Shown here: piece by piece, positions 24,067 through 25,476 of the stretch
Layout of the letters: each line of letters starts with the position of its first letter
Position numbering within the stretch: the first letter of the stretch is position 1
From: a virus
Lineage: Duplodnaviria > Caudoviricetes
IMG/VR virus record: IMGVR_UViG_3300032308_001895
Span: 1-25,476 of that record
Strand: one strand, 5' to 3'
Length of the DNA: 25,476 nt
The notes under the pieces: generated by a model
Told to the model about the DNA's origin: nothing
The model's database searches: none
What the model saw: the letters and a program-made list of their open reading frames with translations, nothing else
Position numbers and translations under genes: made by a program

Positions 24067-25476
24067 TTAAAAGTTACCAAATGCAATGGCAGATTTTGTA
24101 GCAATCCTACCTACTGCAGAATCAAATGGTGGTCCCGACAGTTCTCCGGTGTCGGCATTAATTGTCATTCCGCCCACAAACAAGGCATTTCCCTGATCGT
24201 CCTGTCCGCTGGCAATTACCTGGCCATCATTTACTTCTCTGATACTGGCTTCAATGTTGGTTCTGTTGAATGCTGGTGGAATCCTGGTCAGTGCCACGCC
24301 TGCCAGTGTACTAGACCAAGTGTGGCCAACCGCAGAAATAGTACTGGGTTGTATAGTATATACCGGAGTAGTAAAGGTTGGTATAAGAGATTCATCAACC
24401 AAGGCTGTAACAATGGCAATGGCATTGGCACTCAGTCCCGGCAAAGCATTGACATAATCTCTGATAAACGCAAATGCGAATAGGTATGCATCAACAAAGT
24501 TTGTGCTGGTGAACAATGGCGTTCCCATGGTATTATAAAATGTCTTGGTGTAATTTTCCATGGGCAGTTCGTCTACACTGGCCAACACCCAGATCAGGAC
24601 CTGGACAAGATTGGCACCATAACTGCGAAATGTCAGTTGATCATCGGCGGTCCACCCAAAGGTGTAAACGTCTCCGGTGGCAGGATCGACCGTGGTATTG
24701 AGTGCTGTGTAGGTTGCATTGACAATGGTGCCAACGGGTCCCTTGAGTGGCTCAATGATTAAAGCCGAAGCTGTTTCAAGGGTCAGTGTAACACTGCTGA
24801 CCCCGTCAGGCACAACAATTTGACGGAATCCTTCACTCCACATGGAGAAGTCACCAAATTGAGTGCTACAACTTGATAGTATTATTTGACCGCCGGTGAG
24901 CGCAAGAAAATGCTTGTGACACCAGATACTGACTGCGTTGATGGCATTGACAAGGCCACCGTTTTTGGCACAGTATCCAATGCCATTGGCCGATACTGGT
25001 GTGGCGCCCCAGGTCATGATATTGGGGAATATGCTGTATGGTGAACACACCAAGCCGTCGGCCAAGGCCACTCCGGCACCACGAGGTACAAATGGATTGG
25101 GTGGTATGCTGAATGGGTCCAATGGTGGTGGTACCGATGTCCAATCTGGAACAGTTCGCACTGCAATTTTGTGTGCGTAAGGAGTACGTCGAATAACAGC
25201 GCCGGGTCTGAATGACACAGCAAATCCTTCTGAGGGATTGGTGAGATCGTCTAAACTAAACCCTTCAAACAAAAAACCTTCAATAAAACAACCAGACCCC
25301 ATGCGAAAAACATTGCGTTCTTCGTAGCCAACTTCAGGAAAAATTATCACAGTACGATGGGCGCATTTGATCACACAATCATCAGGCATATCTAAATGTC
25401 CCTGAGTTTCGTATCTTCCAGGTCCAACTTCAATCAGTTGGATGGCTGTTGCGTCTACTGCTTTGACAGCCGTGGC
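24067..25476 (-). CDS. 5'-truncated structural protein with probable pectate-lyase-like beta-helix (tail spike-like)
   Basis: The frame stays open from 25389 to the window edge (ATAVKAVDATAIQLIEVGPGRYETQGHLDMPDD); IEVGPGRYE matches the usual beta-helix N-cap pattern, so the start lies outside the window. Confidence 0.7.
   Translation of the reverse strand, partial: ATAVKAVDATAIQLIEVGPGRYETQGHLDMPDDCVIKCAHRTVIIFPEVGYEERNVFRMGSGCFIEGFLFEGFSLDDLTNPSEGFAVSFRPGAVIRRTPYAHKIAVRTVPDWTSVPPPLDPFSIPPNPFVPRGAGVALADGLVCSPYSIFPNIMTWGATPVSANGIGYCAKNGGLVNAINAVSIWCHKHFLALTGGQIILSSCSTQFGDFSMWSEGFRQIVVPDGVSSVTLTLETASALIIEPLKGPVGTIVNATYTALNTTVDPATGDVYTFGWTADDQLTFRSYGANLVQVLIWVLASVDELPMENYTKTFYNTMGTPLFTSTNFVDAYLFAFAFIRDYVNALPGLSANAIAIVTALVDESLIPTFTTPVYTIQPSTISAVGHTWSSTLAGVALTRIPPAFNRTNIEASIREVNDGQVIASGQDDQGNALFVGGMTINADTGELSGPPFDSAVGRIATKSAIAFGNF

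Noticed and set aside
1-25476. Stop-codon reassignment as in some large phages
   Set aside because: Core genes are full length in the standard code, and TAA, TGA and TAG each end genes at sensible boundaries.

Overview
This window is a gene-dense segment of a large T4-like (contractile-tailed) bacteriophage genome read in the standard genetic code; no host genes, tRNAs, CRISPR arrays or transposons were seen. It holds a rearranged morphogenesis region: a 1146-aa tail sheath (gp18-like), tail tube (gp19-like), a tube-fold paralog, head completion nuclease (gp4-like), a possible small terminase subunit, neck proteins (gp13/gp14-like), tail terminator (gp15-like), a collagen-like fibre, and two fibre/spike genes cut by the window edges. 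Sigma70-driven genes (dNMP kinase, DEDDh exonuclease, two hypotheticals) plus a Nudix hydrolase and a degenerate HNH/Zn protein are interleaved. Most notable: (1) a cluster at 3289-7994 whose proteins carry T4-type capsid-targeting N-termini, including a 651-aa apparent polyprotein of short basic modules separated by [LIVM]-x-E protease-like sites, suggesting a packaged and processed head cargo system; (2) a readable regulatory layout with eight TAAATA late promoters, three sigma70 promoters, five apparently leaderless genes, and RBS-occluding hairpins at the two late genes lying downstream of early genes; (3) CBM5/12-like modules inserted in both sheath and neck proteins. All family calls come from motif recognition by eye, not from database searches.
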